This document shows, piece by piece, positions 49,157 to 61,451 of a stretch of DNA of 64,000 nt. Within the stretch, counting starts at the first letter, position 1, and each line of letters begins with the position of its first letter. This DNA comes from Eledone cirrhosa (lineage: Eukaryota). A program made the translations under genes and the position numbers. The DNA lies in NCBI GenBank assembly GCA_964016885.1, contig OZ024745.1, forward strand, positions 93,930,001 through 93,994,000. The letters run 5' to 3'. Under the pieces are notes generated by a model. The model did no database searches and was not told the origin of the DNA. It worked only from the letters and a program-made list of their open reading frames with translations.

Positions 49157-52100
49157 AATTATTGTGTAAAGTGCTCAGGTGCACTACAACTCGTCAAAGG
49201 TGTATGTATAGTACATAGAATAATACACAAATGTCAGGGAAGTGAATAGTGTATGAGTCATGGTATACATGTGTGTATGTGTATGGAGGGGGAACATTAG
49301 CTGTAGTGTTGGCGGATTTCGGGAAGCATGGAGGCCTTAAAGGATGCAGTGTCTCGACAGCTAACAACTGATGCAGGTAGTTTGTTCTATGCTTCAGCAA
49401 CTCTGAGCGTGAAAAAATGTTTCCGAAAGTCATGGGAACTGTGCTATTTTCTGACTTTGTGGGCATGTCCACGTGTGTTAGACACATGGAAATCAAAAAG
49501 GTACTCAGGGTTGTTGTTGGCAAGATGGTTAACAACTTTGTGGGTGTTTACCAAGTCAGTTGCCAGGCGTCGGAGCTTCAATGTATCCATGCCCAGGGAA
49601 GTAAGGCGCTCAGAGTATGGTAGATGCCTGATGGAGGGTATTCACTTGGTTGCACGCATCTGAACAGTTTCCAGGCGGTCAATGTTCTGAGCAAGATAGG
49701 GGTTCCAGACTGGTGATGCAAATTCTAAGTGTGGCCGCACCATAGCCATCTACAGCCTTAAATAGATATTTGGAGAGCGGCTGACAAAGGTCTTGCTGAG
49801 TGATGCTAAGACACCCTCGGCCCTCTTGACAATTTTAGAAACGTGCTTCGTCCACGCAAATTGCTGCTGACCGTAATGCCCAGGTCATGTTCACAAGAAG
49901 ACTTCTTGATATTAGTGCTGTGGAGGGAGTATGTGGACGCTGGGTTTTTACTCCCAAAATGCATGGTGGTGCACTTGTCCACAGCTAGCTTGAGTTGCCA
50001 GTTTGAGATCCACTGTTGCATTGTGTCCAGGTCAGACTGCAAGCAAGATCTATAGTGTTCAGGATCTGTCCTTTTTATCTCAAGGTACAGCTTGATATCA
50101 TCTACGTGGCATTCTTTAAGTTGGCATCTATGTCATTAATATATGCCACAAACAAAAGGGGGCCAAGAACAGATCCCTGTGGTACACCAGATGACATCTC
50201 ATATGGTGAGGAATGCTGTCCCAGAACCGTGACTACCTCTCTTTGACTGAGAATGAAGGACTTCAACCAGTTAAAAAGATCATCCTTCACACCCATTGCA
50301 GAGAGTTTTGCCATAAGCCTTTTGTGTGGCACAGAATTGAAGGCTTTCGCAAAGTCAAGGTAAACAACATCCACCCATGAGCTGCCATCAGTGATCCAGG
50401 TGATGTCCTCAAGAAACTCTATAAGTTGATCACAGCAGCTGGAGTTGGGGATAAATCGAAATTGCGAGGGCCGGATAAGACTGTGAGAGCTCCAGAAGTT
50501 CCAAAGTGTTTCTCTGACACAGGATTCCATCAGTTTGGCGATGCAACTAGTGAAGGCGTGTGGCTGAGTGGTTAGAGAATTGGATTCGCAATCGTAAGGT
50601 TGTGAGTTCGATTCCTGGACCAGGCGATGCGTTATGTCCTTGAGCAAGACACTTTATTTCACGTTGCTCCTTCTACCTGGAGTTGCGACCGATAGATAGT
50701 ATTAGCAATTGGAAAGACCAACGGAAACATTGTTCCCTCGGTCCGATTTGACGAAAGTCGATCGTTCCACTAGTAAGACTGACTGGACGATAGTTCACAG
50801 GTGATGTGCGGTCACCCTTTTTGAACAGAGGAATGACACTGGCAGTTTTCCACTGTTCTGGAGTAGCACTGTTGTTCAGACAGAATTGGAAGAAGCGTGA
50901 TAACTGGTGCAGAAGGAAGTACCCACCACATTTAAGAAGCAGGTACGTAATACCATCAAGACCAGGAGAGGCATGGTTGCGTTTATTTTTTAGGTGACGT
51001 CGCAGCATTGCAGGTGTAAATTCCATGGTTGTAATAGAGTCCGGTGTCATAGGTGGTGGAGATGGTACACTCTGGTCTTCAATAGTGAAAATGCCTGCAT
51101 AGCATTCAGCAATGAGCTCTGCGCATTCCTTGGGGTCGTCAGTAACCTGGCTTGTGTGGGGATTGCAAAGAGGACCAACTGGAGAGTGAGGCCTCTGCTT
51201 TGAGTGAACATACTTCCAGAACACCTTACTGTCAGGGCTGGTTGCTATGCGCTGCTAAAATTGACGCACTGCCTTTTTTGTCACCTGTTTGAGGTGGTTG
51301 GACGATCTATTTCGCCTCTTCCTATTAATGTCTGATTTGTGAAGTTTATACTCACGTTCAGCATTGCGCCGTTCTTTTCTGGCAAGACGGACTGCTGCAG
51401 TCTTCCAAATTGCACTTTTGGGATGTTTTTTCCGCTTACGTGGCACCGATGCTGCACATGCTGTTCATATTGAGTTCAGGATGTTCTGGAGTACAGTGTT
51501 GACATCTCCAGAGTCGTAGAACTCAAGCCAGTTTGGCCGTTGCAACTCGGTGCAGTAACAGTTCCAGTCTGCTTTATTCCAGTCAAAGTGAGCAGTTTGG
51601 AAATGGTTGTGGTTCTTGTTACTGCCCATGAGGGATAGATTGGCAATGATCATAGCATGATCAGAATCACTTAAAGGTTCCTCAGCAGTAACACTAATGA
51701 CCGTTTCAGGAGTAGTGGTGAAGAGTAGGTCCAAAGTGTTGTCACCTCTTGTTGGGGAGGTGACCACCTGGGACTAACTCGAGTCCAGCACTAGCTCAAG
51801 GAAGTCATTTGCACTTGGCGGCCAACGAAAGGTTTCCCAGTCAATCTCAGGGTGATTGAAGTCTCCTGCAATGAAAACATAAGTGGCTGTCTTCCTGGCA
51901 GCAGCTCTGAGGATATCACAAAGTTGAATGTCCTGATGGTAATTTGGGGGCGGGAAAACGACTCCAAGTAGCAGTGTTGACATGGTCATACGTATATCGC
52001 AGAAAAAACTTCTTGCTGTGATTGGTTCAAATCAGCACAAGGAATTGCCGACAGATTTGACCGAACGTAGACCATTACACCACCACCACGACGATTAATG

Positions 52101-53609
52101 CGGTCTTTACGAAACAGGTTGTAGCCAGTCATGCTGAAAACCCCATCACAGAGTAAGGGATGTGCTCAAGTTTCCGTGACTGTAATGAAGTCAGGGTTGA
52201 TACTTTTGACGTAGGAGTCAAAAAGATGAATCTTATTGCATAGACTACGTGCATTCAAGGACAACAATTTGTACCTTGATTCCAGTCTATGATTATGTGC
52301 AGGGGATGGCAGGTTGTTCTGATTTAGTTTCCCAGAGTTTTTTCAGTTTCTTTATTGTCAGTTGTTGTGGGTACAGTTTTTTCAGACCAGCTGGTGTCTC
52401 TTTTCCATGTTTCGCCAGCCTTAACAAACTTCCATATCTGCCCATCATCTCGTAGGCTGAAGCTTTCATGTTCTGCCGAGCTGCAGTTTAAGGAAGCTGC
52501 AGTACGCAGCTTTGGGCGGACATCAGGTGGAAGACCAGGCCGTGTTCGGAAAGCAATCCGACTTTCACGCCTAGCTTTTTCAGAGGCTACAAGGTATGAA
52601 CGTGCCTCAGTTGAGTTTGAAAACGACAGTCTAATTAGCCTGGGTTTCGGGCCTGGTCGACCAAGGCGTAGAGGACCCTTTGCGGGAGCACAGCCCAGGT
52701 CTTTGGATGAACTGGCAGCAAATGCCTGAAGATCAACTATGTCTTCTGGTACACCAATGGCAATCACTTCGTGGTTTGCAGATTCAGTGGCATTCTCAAT
52801 GCGTCTAGGTTCAACATGAGGTACGCGGAGATTTTTTAACAAGGCACTCCGGTAAGATCCCTCATTGTGGGGTTCTACACGAACGCTTGATTTTATTTCC
52901 GTTTTTCTTGGCTTAAAGCGGAAATCATTTGCCGTATTTCCTCAAACTCCGTATTGACGGTCGGTTTTTGTTGTTGTTCTTCTCCTTCAACAGGCATGGT
53001 AGGAGAAGACACAGTCGTCGGTTGTTGTTGTTGAAAAGTAACGGGTGAGGAAGACATGGGTTGCTGTTGTTGATGAAGTCCTTCAACGGGGGTAGTAGCA
53101 GAAGCTACGGTCGTTGGTTTTTGCTGTTGTTCAGGAACAATGGTAGAGGAAGACACGATCCTCGGTTTTTGTTGTTGTTGTTCGGGAACAATGGTAGAAG
53201 AAGACACGATCTTCGGTTTTTGTTGTTGTTCCGCAGCAATGGGAGAGGCAGGCATACAGTCCAGGCACTGAAAGGACCAGTTTGTTAGCTGGACCATCTC
53301 CCAGAGTCTATCCATCGTAGCAATATGATGTTTCTTGTTTTGGCCTGGGATCTTCCGGAAGCCTGTGGCGCATTGAAGGCAGACAGAGATGTGACAGGTT
53401 CCACATTCGACCCAACGATTACGGAACGAGTTTTTGGGTTCCGTACAGATATGGCAGATGTGATCTTCTGGGCAATGTTCTATTTTGGAACATCGACCAG
53501 TTTTGTCGCATACTTCATCGATGGATATCACCATGGCAATTTTGTTATTTCTACTCATCCGTAGAAAAACACAGAATGTAAACAATTTAAGTTTAGCGCA
53601 CTTGATTAC
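49109..53609 (-). mobile_element. Near full-length CR1/L2-group LINE (ORF1 PHD + RRM-like; ORF2 APE + RT), decayed
   Basis: ORF1 Cys/His finger and GVPE…RLGR…RLIRL (52324-53558); APE motifs AGDFNHP, TRGDNTLDL, SDH; RT NYRPVSLTS, YLDFAKAF, GVPQGSVLGPLLF, with a small deletion in YADD (~50100); (TTA)n tail at 49109-49154. The 5' UTR probably resumes after 55729. Confidence 0.93.
50552..50768 (+). mobile_element. tRNA-derived CORE-like SINE inserted in the LINE RT, TSD ACTAGT
   Basis: A box TGGCTGAGTGG, B box GTTCGATTCC; ACTAGT at 50546-50551 and 50769-50774; removing it restores PVSLTSCIAKLMES. Near-identical copy at 8611-8829. Confidence 0.93.
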
Positions 53610-55724
53610 TGTGGGTATGGTGTGGCGTGCGGTGGCCGGAAGCGGGGGAGTGCTCGACCGGAAGGGTGCTTGGCCGGAAGGATTTAGGGTATGGACTGGC
53701 TGCGAAGCCGTCAGAAGCGTTGGAGGGAGGAGCCGCGCTGGGACTTAGGCTACGGCGAGACAGGACGGGCGTCTTGGTATTCCAGAGGGGAAATGAAGTT
53801 CCAGAACTGGGCCCAAGTATGAGTACGCAAAAGCTTTTCTCGATGTGTGGAAAGTTGGTGGGTCACTACCCGATTGCTGGGTGGCTCCGGACGGCATGCA
53901 GCTATGTCAAGAGACGAGCGGGAGGAGTGACTTGGAGTGACAGAGTGGGAGAGAGGACGGTGGCGATGATGCAGGAGATCGTGGGGAGGGTGAAGGCCGA
54001 CAACCCAGTGCGGGGACGCTGGTATGTTCCCAAATCACAGAGCGGGACCGTATGGTGTGATGCCAGCAGCATAGCGTGTCACGTTGGAGATAGGAGGTGT
54101 TGAGGTCAAGGATGCAGCCTGGCTTAGGAAGAAGGACGACTGAAACCACATCAATGTGGCCGAACTGGACGCAGTGTTGAGAGGGGTGAACCTCGCCCTG
54201 AGGTGGGGACTGCGCACCATCGAGATACGCACACCGACTCGGCTACTGTACTCAGATGGGTGAGATCAGTGCTCACCAGTGAGAAGAGAGTGCGAATGAG
54301 AGGGGCAGCGGAGATGCTGATAAAGCGCCGCCTGGGAACTTTAGGAGAGCTGATCACCGAGTTCGACCTGAGGCTGAGCGTAGTTTTCGTGCCCTCAGAG
54401 AAAAATAGGGCGGACGTCTTAACAAGGTGAAGAAAGCCTGGATGGAAGCGCCGGAGGAGGTCGAAGATGAGATAGCTGCCGAGTGTCGGCTGACCGAGTC
54501 GGATCTGAAAGGGTTGCATGACATGCACCACATGGGAGTGGATAGGAGCCTGTTCCTAACCAGGAGAATCGACTCGGACGTTAACAGACACAGTGTTCAA
54601 AGGGTGGTTAGAGGCTGCGTCCGATGTCAGTCCATTGATCCCGCCCCGGGTGTGCACGAAACGGGAAGCCTGCCGGTGGATCGCGACTGAAAGCGATTGG
54701 CGGTGGATGTAACGCACTACCGACAGGGAACGTACCTCTCGATGGTCGACTGTGGACCAGGACGGATGGCGATATGGAGGGAGATGAAGACTGGAACAGC
54801 CGAGGAAATCATGCGGACGTTGAGAGAGGTGTTCTTGGAGCGGGGCCCTGTGGACAAACTGCTGATGGACAACAGCGCAGCGTTCCGCTCGGAGGCGCTG
54901 AGGGAGATGCTCGATGGATGGAAAGTGGACCGTTTCTTCAGAGCAGCGCACAAACCGAGCGGGAATGGAATTGTGGAGCGACACCACCGGATGATCAAGG
55001 CAATGGCGGAGCGGGGCTATATCTCACCAATGGAGGCAGGAGTTCTGGTACAACATGTCCCCTCCGGTGGGACTGGTCGAGGAATCAGTGCCACACAGAG
55101 CAGTATTCAGATATGAGTGGCGGCACCCGTGCACGCCACCACAACGGCCAGTGGGGAGAGAGAGAGTGCATTCGTGCAGGTGGGCGAAGAAGTCTGGGTT
55201 AAGCCCCCAGATGCACGTTGCAAATCTCAATGGGGAAGGGGAATGGTGACGGCCATAAATTCTCAGAACAATGTGTCCGTGGACGGAGTACCACGTCATG
55301 TCCTGGATGTCCGTAGAATCACTGTGTCAACGGACTCTGAGGAAGAGGAAACCCAAAGTGCTGCCCCAACACTGCGGAGATCGCAAAGAAGTCGTAAACG
55401 ACCAACCTGGACAGCAGATTTCATATGCAGAAGGACGAGGGGGAAATTGATCCTTGAGATCAGGGGGGCGTGTGGGTATGGTGTGGTGTGCGGTGGCCGG
55501 AAGGGGGGGAGTGCTCGACCGGAAGGGTGCTTGGCCGGAAGGATGCTCGACCTGAAGGGCTAACAGAGGGGTCTCTCTCTAGTGGTGACCAGCAACGGTG
55601 TGGACGCGAGTTTTGGCACCTCCCGGTGTGAAGGAGTTGGACGCATGTGGAAGAGGAGAAACCAGCAGTGGGATTTAGCGGCGCCTATGAAAAGCGGTAA
55701 GTGAGATAGCTTTTTCTAACCACA
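53610..55724 (+). mobile_element. Ty3/Gypsy LTR retrotransposon, internally deleted (5' LTR stub, RT tail, RNase H, integrase, PPT, 254-bp 3' LTR)
   Basis: TSD ATTAC at 53605-53609 and 55725-55729; TG…CA ends; 53610-53683 matches the start of LTR 55471-55724; PPT GAGATCAGGGGGGCG; WCDAS, AELDAV, TDS (RNase H); HHCC and LAVD/MDN/GIVER (integrase); stops and frameshifts. Confidence 0.93.
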
Positions 55725-56960
55725 ATTACGATAGAAATAAAATGTCTGTTTTTTGTGTATTTTGTTTCCGTTTTCCTAAATGTTGTGTGTGTGTCTGTGC
55801 ATGTAAACAAATAAATATGCTGCGTAAGTTAAATGAAACGTACTGTAGAAGGCAACAGTTTATTAACAGCGAAACAACGTTTTTTTCCTGATACTGCTTC
55901 TTTATAATAAACTTTAAATAATATTTTTCAAATTATTAACTTTCAGCTGCTAGTATATATATATAATTAAAAGGTGTATGTGGGTTAGAAGCGAAGTCAA
56001 TGATCAGAGATATTTTACAAATGTACGTAAGATTGGCCGGTATAGTGTGTCAAATTATCTAAAGCCTTGATTTCCTGCCAGTCTATCAGAAATCCTAATG
56101 CACCTTTTGTGCATGCAGTCCTTGCAGTATTCAGTTCCTAACAAATGTTTGCAGACTAAAGTAATAATTTCTGATTTTAGTTTAAGGCCACAAATTTACT
56201 GGGGAGGGTTACAGTCAAATTAATTGAGACCTGATACTTATTTTATTGGCCTCAGAGATGACCATAGCAAGATGTTTTCAACTAACACAAAATGTAATAT
56301 ACAAATACTCTAAGACATTTATTTATAAAAATGGTGTACTGAAATTTGAACTGAGCTACTAATTCTACATTGTTTTAGTATACTTTATAGAGGGGAATAG
56401 ATACCAGATCAGAGAAAGTTACCTTTTATAGTCTTGCATCCTACCCAGGAATGGATGAATCACAGATGATTTATTTGAAAGGCATAATTTGTAGCTTATT
56501 TAAATTTTCAGTCAAATAGCTATTATCATATAAAGTAAATGGCAACATCCATGAGACTTTATTTTTCAGGGCCTCTGATACTGGTGGGAGGAAGTTCTTA
56601 AATATGTAGTCTGGCCTAATTACTACAAGGCATCTCATATCGTCCAGCACTAACAATTCTATTAATCCACTGTCCTGGACCAGTACTTTTTTTTTTATCA
56701 ACCATATAAGGATAAAAGGCAAAGTTGACACTTCAGTTGCTAGAAATAACGGCCAAATCTTCTTCAAATCACACTTTATCCCTATTAAAAAAGAAGTCTA
56801 ATTGAGAAATGTAATTCTAGCTTGACTGTGTCAGTATAAAAGATGAGATAAGAGATTGCAGTCCTGTGTATACAAAGATGGATGGTCACATCTAGAAGAC
56901 TTTCATATTAGGTCTGCTCAATTATGACTTACATGTGGCTACACAACCACCATTATGAAA

Positions 56961-57155
56961 GGGCGGTGGATTGGCAGTATTGGTAGAGCGTCAGATACCA
57001 TGCTTTGCAGAGAGTTATGGCCCTTTAGGCCCAGAGTTCAAATTCCGCCGAAGTTAACTTTGCCTTTCATCTTTTCGGGGTTGATAAAATAAAGCGCCAG
57101 TAATGCACTGGGGGTAATTGCAGGCCTTGCCTTGTGCCAAAAGTAGAAACAATTA
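56961..57155 (+). mobile_element. Abundant tRNA-derived SINE with Meta-like core; more than 15 copies (e.g. 3055-3235, 8222-8400, 14405-14525, 25763-25945, 33100-33325, 33886-34100, 37190-38090, 42975-43150, 43335-43500)
   Basis: Head GGCGGTGGATTGGCAGTAT, B box GAGTTCAAATCC, core CTTTGCCTTTCATCC…GGTCGATAAAATAAAGTACCAG, tail GGCCTTGTGCC…AGAAACAATTATT. Confidence 0.88.
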
Positions 57156-57454
57156 TGAACTTTCAGCTAACAAAAGACCCTGTATGTCAATTATTCTCAA
57201 ACTTTCCATTCTCATTAACTCTTTACCATTTATCATCTTACAAAAATCTATACTACATAATTGTTATATATGAAAGACACTTTTTTTCTTTCTGCCTCTT
57301 CCCTTGGTAAGTACAGGACACATTCCCCACCATCACCCCCTCAACCTTCTGAGTGATAAAATCTATTAAACACTCCAAAACCATTACCCTACACTATCAT
57401 CCACCTATCCTCCCACTATATCTCCCCTCCTGGCTCTTTCTCAGTAACAGAAAC

Positions 57455-57850
57455 TACAAAGTGGTAGTACTGGTGCCATAATAAAATGCACTCAGTATAC
57501 TGTAAAGTGGTAATGCTGGTGTTATATAAAATACACCCTGCACACTCTGAAAAGTGGTAGTGTTGTTGCCATGATAAAATACACCCTGTCATTCTGCAAA
57601 CTGGTAGTGCTGGAGCCACAATAAAATTCACTCAGTACACTCTGTAAAGTGGTAGTGTTGGAGCCATGATAAAATACACCCAGTATACTGGGTGTATTTT
57701 ATCAGTATAAAGTGGTAATGCTGATGCTATGATAAAATGCACCCAGTACACTCTGTAAAGTAGTACTGGTGACATGATAAAATGCATCCATTACATTGTA
57801 AAGTGGTAGTGCTGGTGCCAATTTAAAAGGCACCCGGTATATTCTGTAAA
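57455..57850 (+). repeat. About 47-bp tandem amplification of a SINE internal unit, followed by an RTE-type SINE tail
   Basis: AAAGTGGTAGTGCTGGTGCCATGATAAAATGCACCCAGTACACTCTGT repeats, then GGTGTTAGGAATGGCAT…(GAT)n. Confidence 0.8.
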
Positions 57851-58070
57851 GTGGTTGGTGTTAGGAATGGCATATAGCTGTAGAATTCATGCCAAAAATG
57901 GAATTTAAGAACACGATGTGTTCTCTCTAACCAGGTCTGTCTAATTTAAGACCATAACAACCTATGCAAGCATGGAAAGATTATGATGATGATGATAGTT
58001 ATGGTGTGGTGGTGGTGATGAGGCTGATGAAAATCCCCATGCTACTGCCAAAACAAAATGCTATCTTTAA

Positions 58071-58289
58071 CCCTTTAGCATTTACGTTGCTCTATATTTA
58101 CGATTGTATTTTCATAGTAAAGGCTTTACCTCACATAAATATTTCACATAATATCGAATCTATGAGATTTTGATATTATTTATTTTGAAAACATACCTTA
58201 GTATCAGTATGAGCGGCCGGTTACGCTGGTTTGAACAGAAAGAGGTGAGAGAATTCTGGCCGGATATGGCCGGTTTAAATGCTAAAGGG
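58071..58289. mobile_element. piggyBac-type MITE (about 220 bp); other copies at 7582-7942, 31068-31275, 39436-39643, 42527-42746, 44149-44367
   Basis: TTAA TSD; TIR CCCTTTAGCATTTA…TAAATGCTAAAGGG; shared interior across copies. Confidence 0.9.
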
Positions 58290-58467
58290 TTAAGATAGTG
58301 TGTCAGAACTTGTTAAATCATTAGAGAAATTTTAAAAATAGAACTGACAAATAATTTCTCATAATCTAGCACAATCTTATATTATGTTGACATTGACAAG
58401 GACCTGTAATAGCATTCAGATGTTGGGAGGAGTAGTTGAAGGGAGAAGTGCTAAACAATTAGGATTT

Positions 58468-59092
58468 TATGTACATGTGTTTCTGTATGTATGAATGCAT
58501 ACATATATGTATATGTGTTTATGTGTGTTTCTGTATGTATGTATGTTTGAATGTATACATATATATCTGTTTATGTGTGTCTGTGTATGTATGTATGTAT
58601 GTTTGAATGCATACATATGTGTATATTTGTTTGTGTGTGTTTGCATATGTATATGTGTATGTTTGAATATATACATATATGTATATTTGTTTGTGTGTGT
58701 TTCTGTATGTATGTATGTTTGAATGCATACATATATGTACACATGTTTATGTGTGTTTGTGTATGTATGTATGAATGCATACATCATCATCATCATCGTC
58801 GATTAATGTCTATCTTCCACGTTAGCATGGGTTAGACGGGTTTGTCCCATTTACAGGCAAGTTGGGTTGGGTGACCGTGTCTTGCTCATATAGGAGAGTT
58901 TCTGGCTGGTTTTCTAATAGATGAGGCTTATACCTAGTAGGCAACATATATGTATATACAAATATGTATATTTGTTTATGTGTTTGTGTATGTATGTATG
59001 TTTGAATGCATACATATATGTATGTATATTTGTTTATGTGTTTGTGTATGTATGTTTGAATGCATACATATATGTATATTTATTTATGTGTG
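58468..59092. repeat. Cryptic (TATG/TGTG/TACA) minisatellite interrupted by a SINE tail (about 58782-58915)
   Basis: Directly visible; it continues after the LTR element at 61452. Confidence 0.85.
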
Positions 59093-61451
59093 TATAACAG
59101 AACGCTGGGTTGTATGAATATAACAGGAGACTCAGTTGTGTGTATAAAGTTTAATTAACAAGTTGAAGTTATGTAGAATAGAATAGTTGACATGTCCATG
59201 GGTAGATGAAAGAATGAAGTAAAGTTATTTGTTACCGTTTTGAAGTGAGCTCGTAAGAGACCATGTTCAGGGTTGCCAGAGAGTAGAGCCTCGGCGAACG
59301 CGCCTGGCCGCAGTCCAGCAGCCGAAAGGGCAAATGAGAGTGAGATAGCCCTGAGCTATCCCTTTTATATGGTCCCTGGAAGAAGTGACAAAGAAGGCAA
59401 CCACAACGGGAAGTAACTCCAGCCACCTCCTGCCCAGAGAGCGCCACCCCACTGGCGACGTGATCGCCACAACAAGGGAGGCAACTCTTGCTACATTATC
59501 CCCCGCCAGATTTTTAAAACATAAAAATCGAATGAACCATGTATGAAGTAAGATGGCGAGCATGTTGTAACACCAAAGTCCAGGCATGAAAATTACGAAA
59601 AAAATAATGTTTGCAATAAAAGCAAAACAGCAAAACATAAGCATGCAAAAATTAATGATAGATATCAAGGTAGCCAACCGCTCTTGGCCAGAGAACGACT
59701 GGACATCTATCTATCCATCACACAAAGATACAATGCAATTAAAAGAAGGGGTCAAAAGAACAAGGAAACGCGCTCGAACACAGTTATTAAAGAAAAAAAA
59801 TTCAATTGTTCAAAAATGAAGTTCCCAGATGTGCAATCACATGATAACAGGAAAGAAAGTGTGTCCTCCAGAGAATGTATGCAGGTGGTCTCTAGACTGT
59901 GGTACAACGTGAAATTCGGTGGTATTTTCTCACAGGAAGAGTGCTGCAAAAATAAATTCTGTTTTGTTCTGCAGGTTTTGGTTGTTGATGTTGTCTCGCG
60001 GAGTGAACGTATTCGATGTTGTTTCCGTTCACAGTGAAATTTTTCCCAGAAAAAATGAGTTGCGCAAAGTGCTAGAAATAACAGCCTAAGTTGATGGTCG
60101 ATGTTGAGAATGCGTTGACCTGGAAGGGTCAACAGGCCAGCGACCAAAGAAATAAGCATTCTGAATAAATGCGCAGTTTTCAACGGCAAATTTACGTGGT
60201 AAATTTTTAAACCGGCAAATAGGAGAATATAGCTTAAGGCTGGAGAATCCTTGGCAAGAAACATTATGTATGGCGTGTGTTATCTCAGTGAGTTGAGATT
60301 ATGCTCCCCACACGTGCCGAAACAAGGTTAAAGTCAAGTTGAAAAAAAAAATATTTCTATTGCGCGAGAAAATGATAGTGCAACAGGTCGTTGGCAGCCA
60401 TTTTGAAAAAATTGTGTGTGAACGTGGTAATATGATGAAAAAGAAAGAAAGGCTTCACTTGGTATAACAAATATAGCGAGTTCAATTTTTCTGTGAACGA
60501 TGAAAAAAAACTCGGTGGAAAGAATAAGCAATAGTTGAGATGCAGCAAAAATAAATGTTCATGTTGAAATGTGTAAAAAAAAAATCAAATTTCTTTTTTT
60601 TTTTAAGTGTTCGTTGTAAGAAGAAACGAAAAACATATATATACATCCAATGAAATGCGACACATAGTTGACGTACGACACGTGCGTGAAAGGCAACATT
60701 TTTTGTTTATTTTGCTTGCTGAGAAAAAATTTCTTTTTTAAAGTGTTCGTTGTAAGACAGTGTATGCGGAGAGAAATCCATGTCTAAGGAGGTCGGAGGG
60801 ATTTCTTAGTCCGAAAAAAAAATATCACGTTAGGTGAGAGAAGAAGAATCTGTCTGAACGAGAATTTCACATGTGCGTGTGTTCGTTTCTGTGTCTGCGT
60901 ATTTTTCCTAGTTTGTTAATAAAGTTTGCTGCGTGTTCGAAATGTTGGTCCACACATTCCAAATGGGGTACTGCTAATTGATTTTCTTTTTTCCATACTC
61001 ACACAACACCAGATCCTGTTATTTTTTTCTTTTTTCGGGGTCACCACTTATAACAGAACGCTGGGTTGTATGAATATAACAGGAGACTCAGTTGTGTGTA
61101 TAAAGTTTAATTAACAAGTTGAAGTTATGTAGAATAGAATAGTTGACATGTCCATGGGTAGATGAAAGAATGAAGTAAAGTTATTTGTTACCGTTTTGAA
61201 GTGAGCTCGTAAGAGACCATGTTCAGGGTTGCCAGAGAGTAGAGCCTCGGCGAACGCCCCTGGCCGCAGCCCAGCAGCCGAAAGGGCAAATGAGAGTGAG
61301 ATAGCCCTGAGCTATCCCTTTTATATGGTCCCTGGAAGAAGTGACAAAGAAGGCAACCACAACGGGAAGTAACTCCAGCCACCTCCTGCCCAGAGAGCGC
61401 CACCCCACTGGCGACGCGATCGCCACAACAAGGGAGGCAACTCTTGCTACA
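59093..61451 (-). mobile_element. Young non-autonomous LTR retroelement (403-bp LTRs, 1553-bp interior without gag/pol ORF)
   Basis: Direct repeats 59093-59495 and 61049-61451 with about 3 differences; TSD TGTG; PBS TGGTGACCCCGA (61035-61046); PPT GGCGGGGGATAA (59496-59507); TATAAAA in the LTR on the minus strand. Confidence 0.92.

Noticed and set aside
55999-56032. ATG…TAC|GTAAGA as first exon of a new gene
   Set aside because: Only 9 codons and no downstream exon found.
58467-58835. His/Thr/Tyr- and Cys/Val-rich ORFs
   Set aside because: Translations of a TATG/TGTG cryptic repeat.
59752-60264. 170-aa ORF as gag/env of the LTR element
   Set aside because: No recognisable retroelement motifs by eye; an HMM search would be needed.
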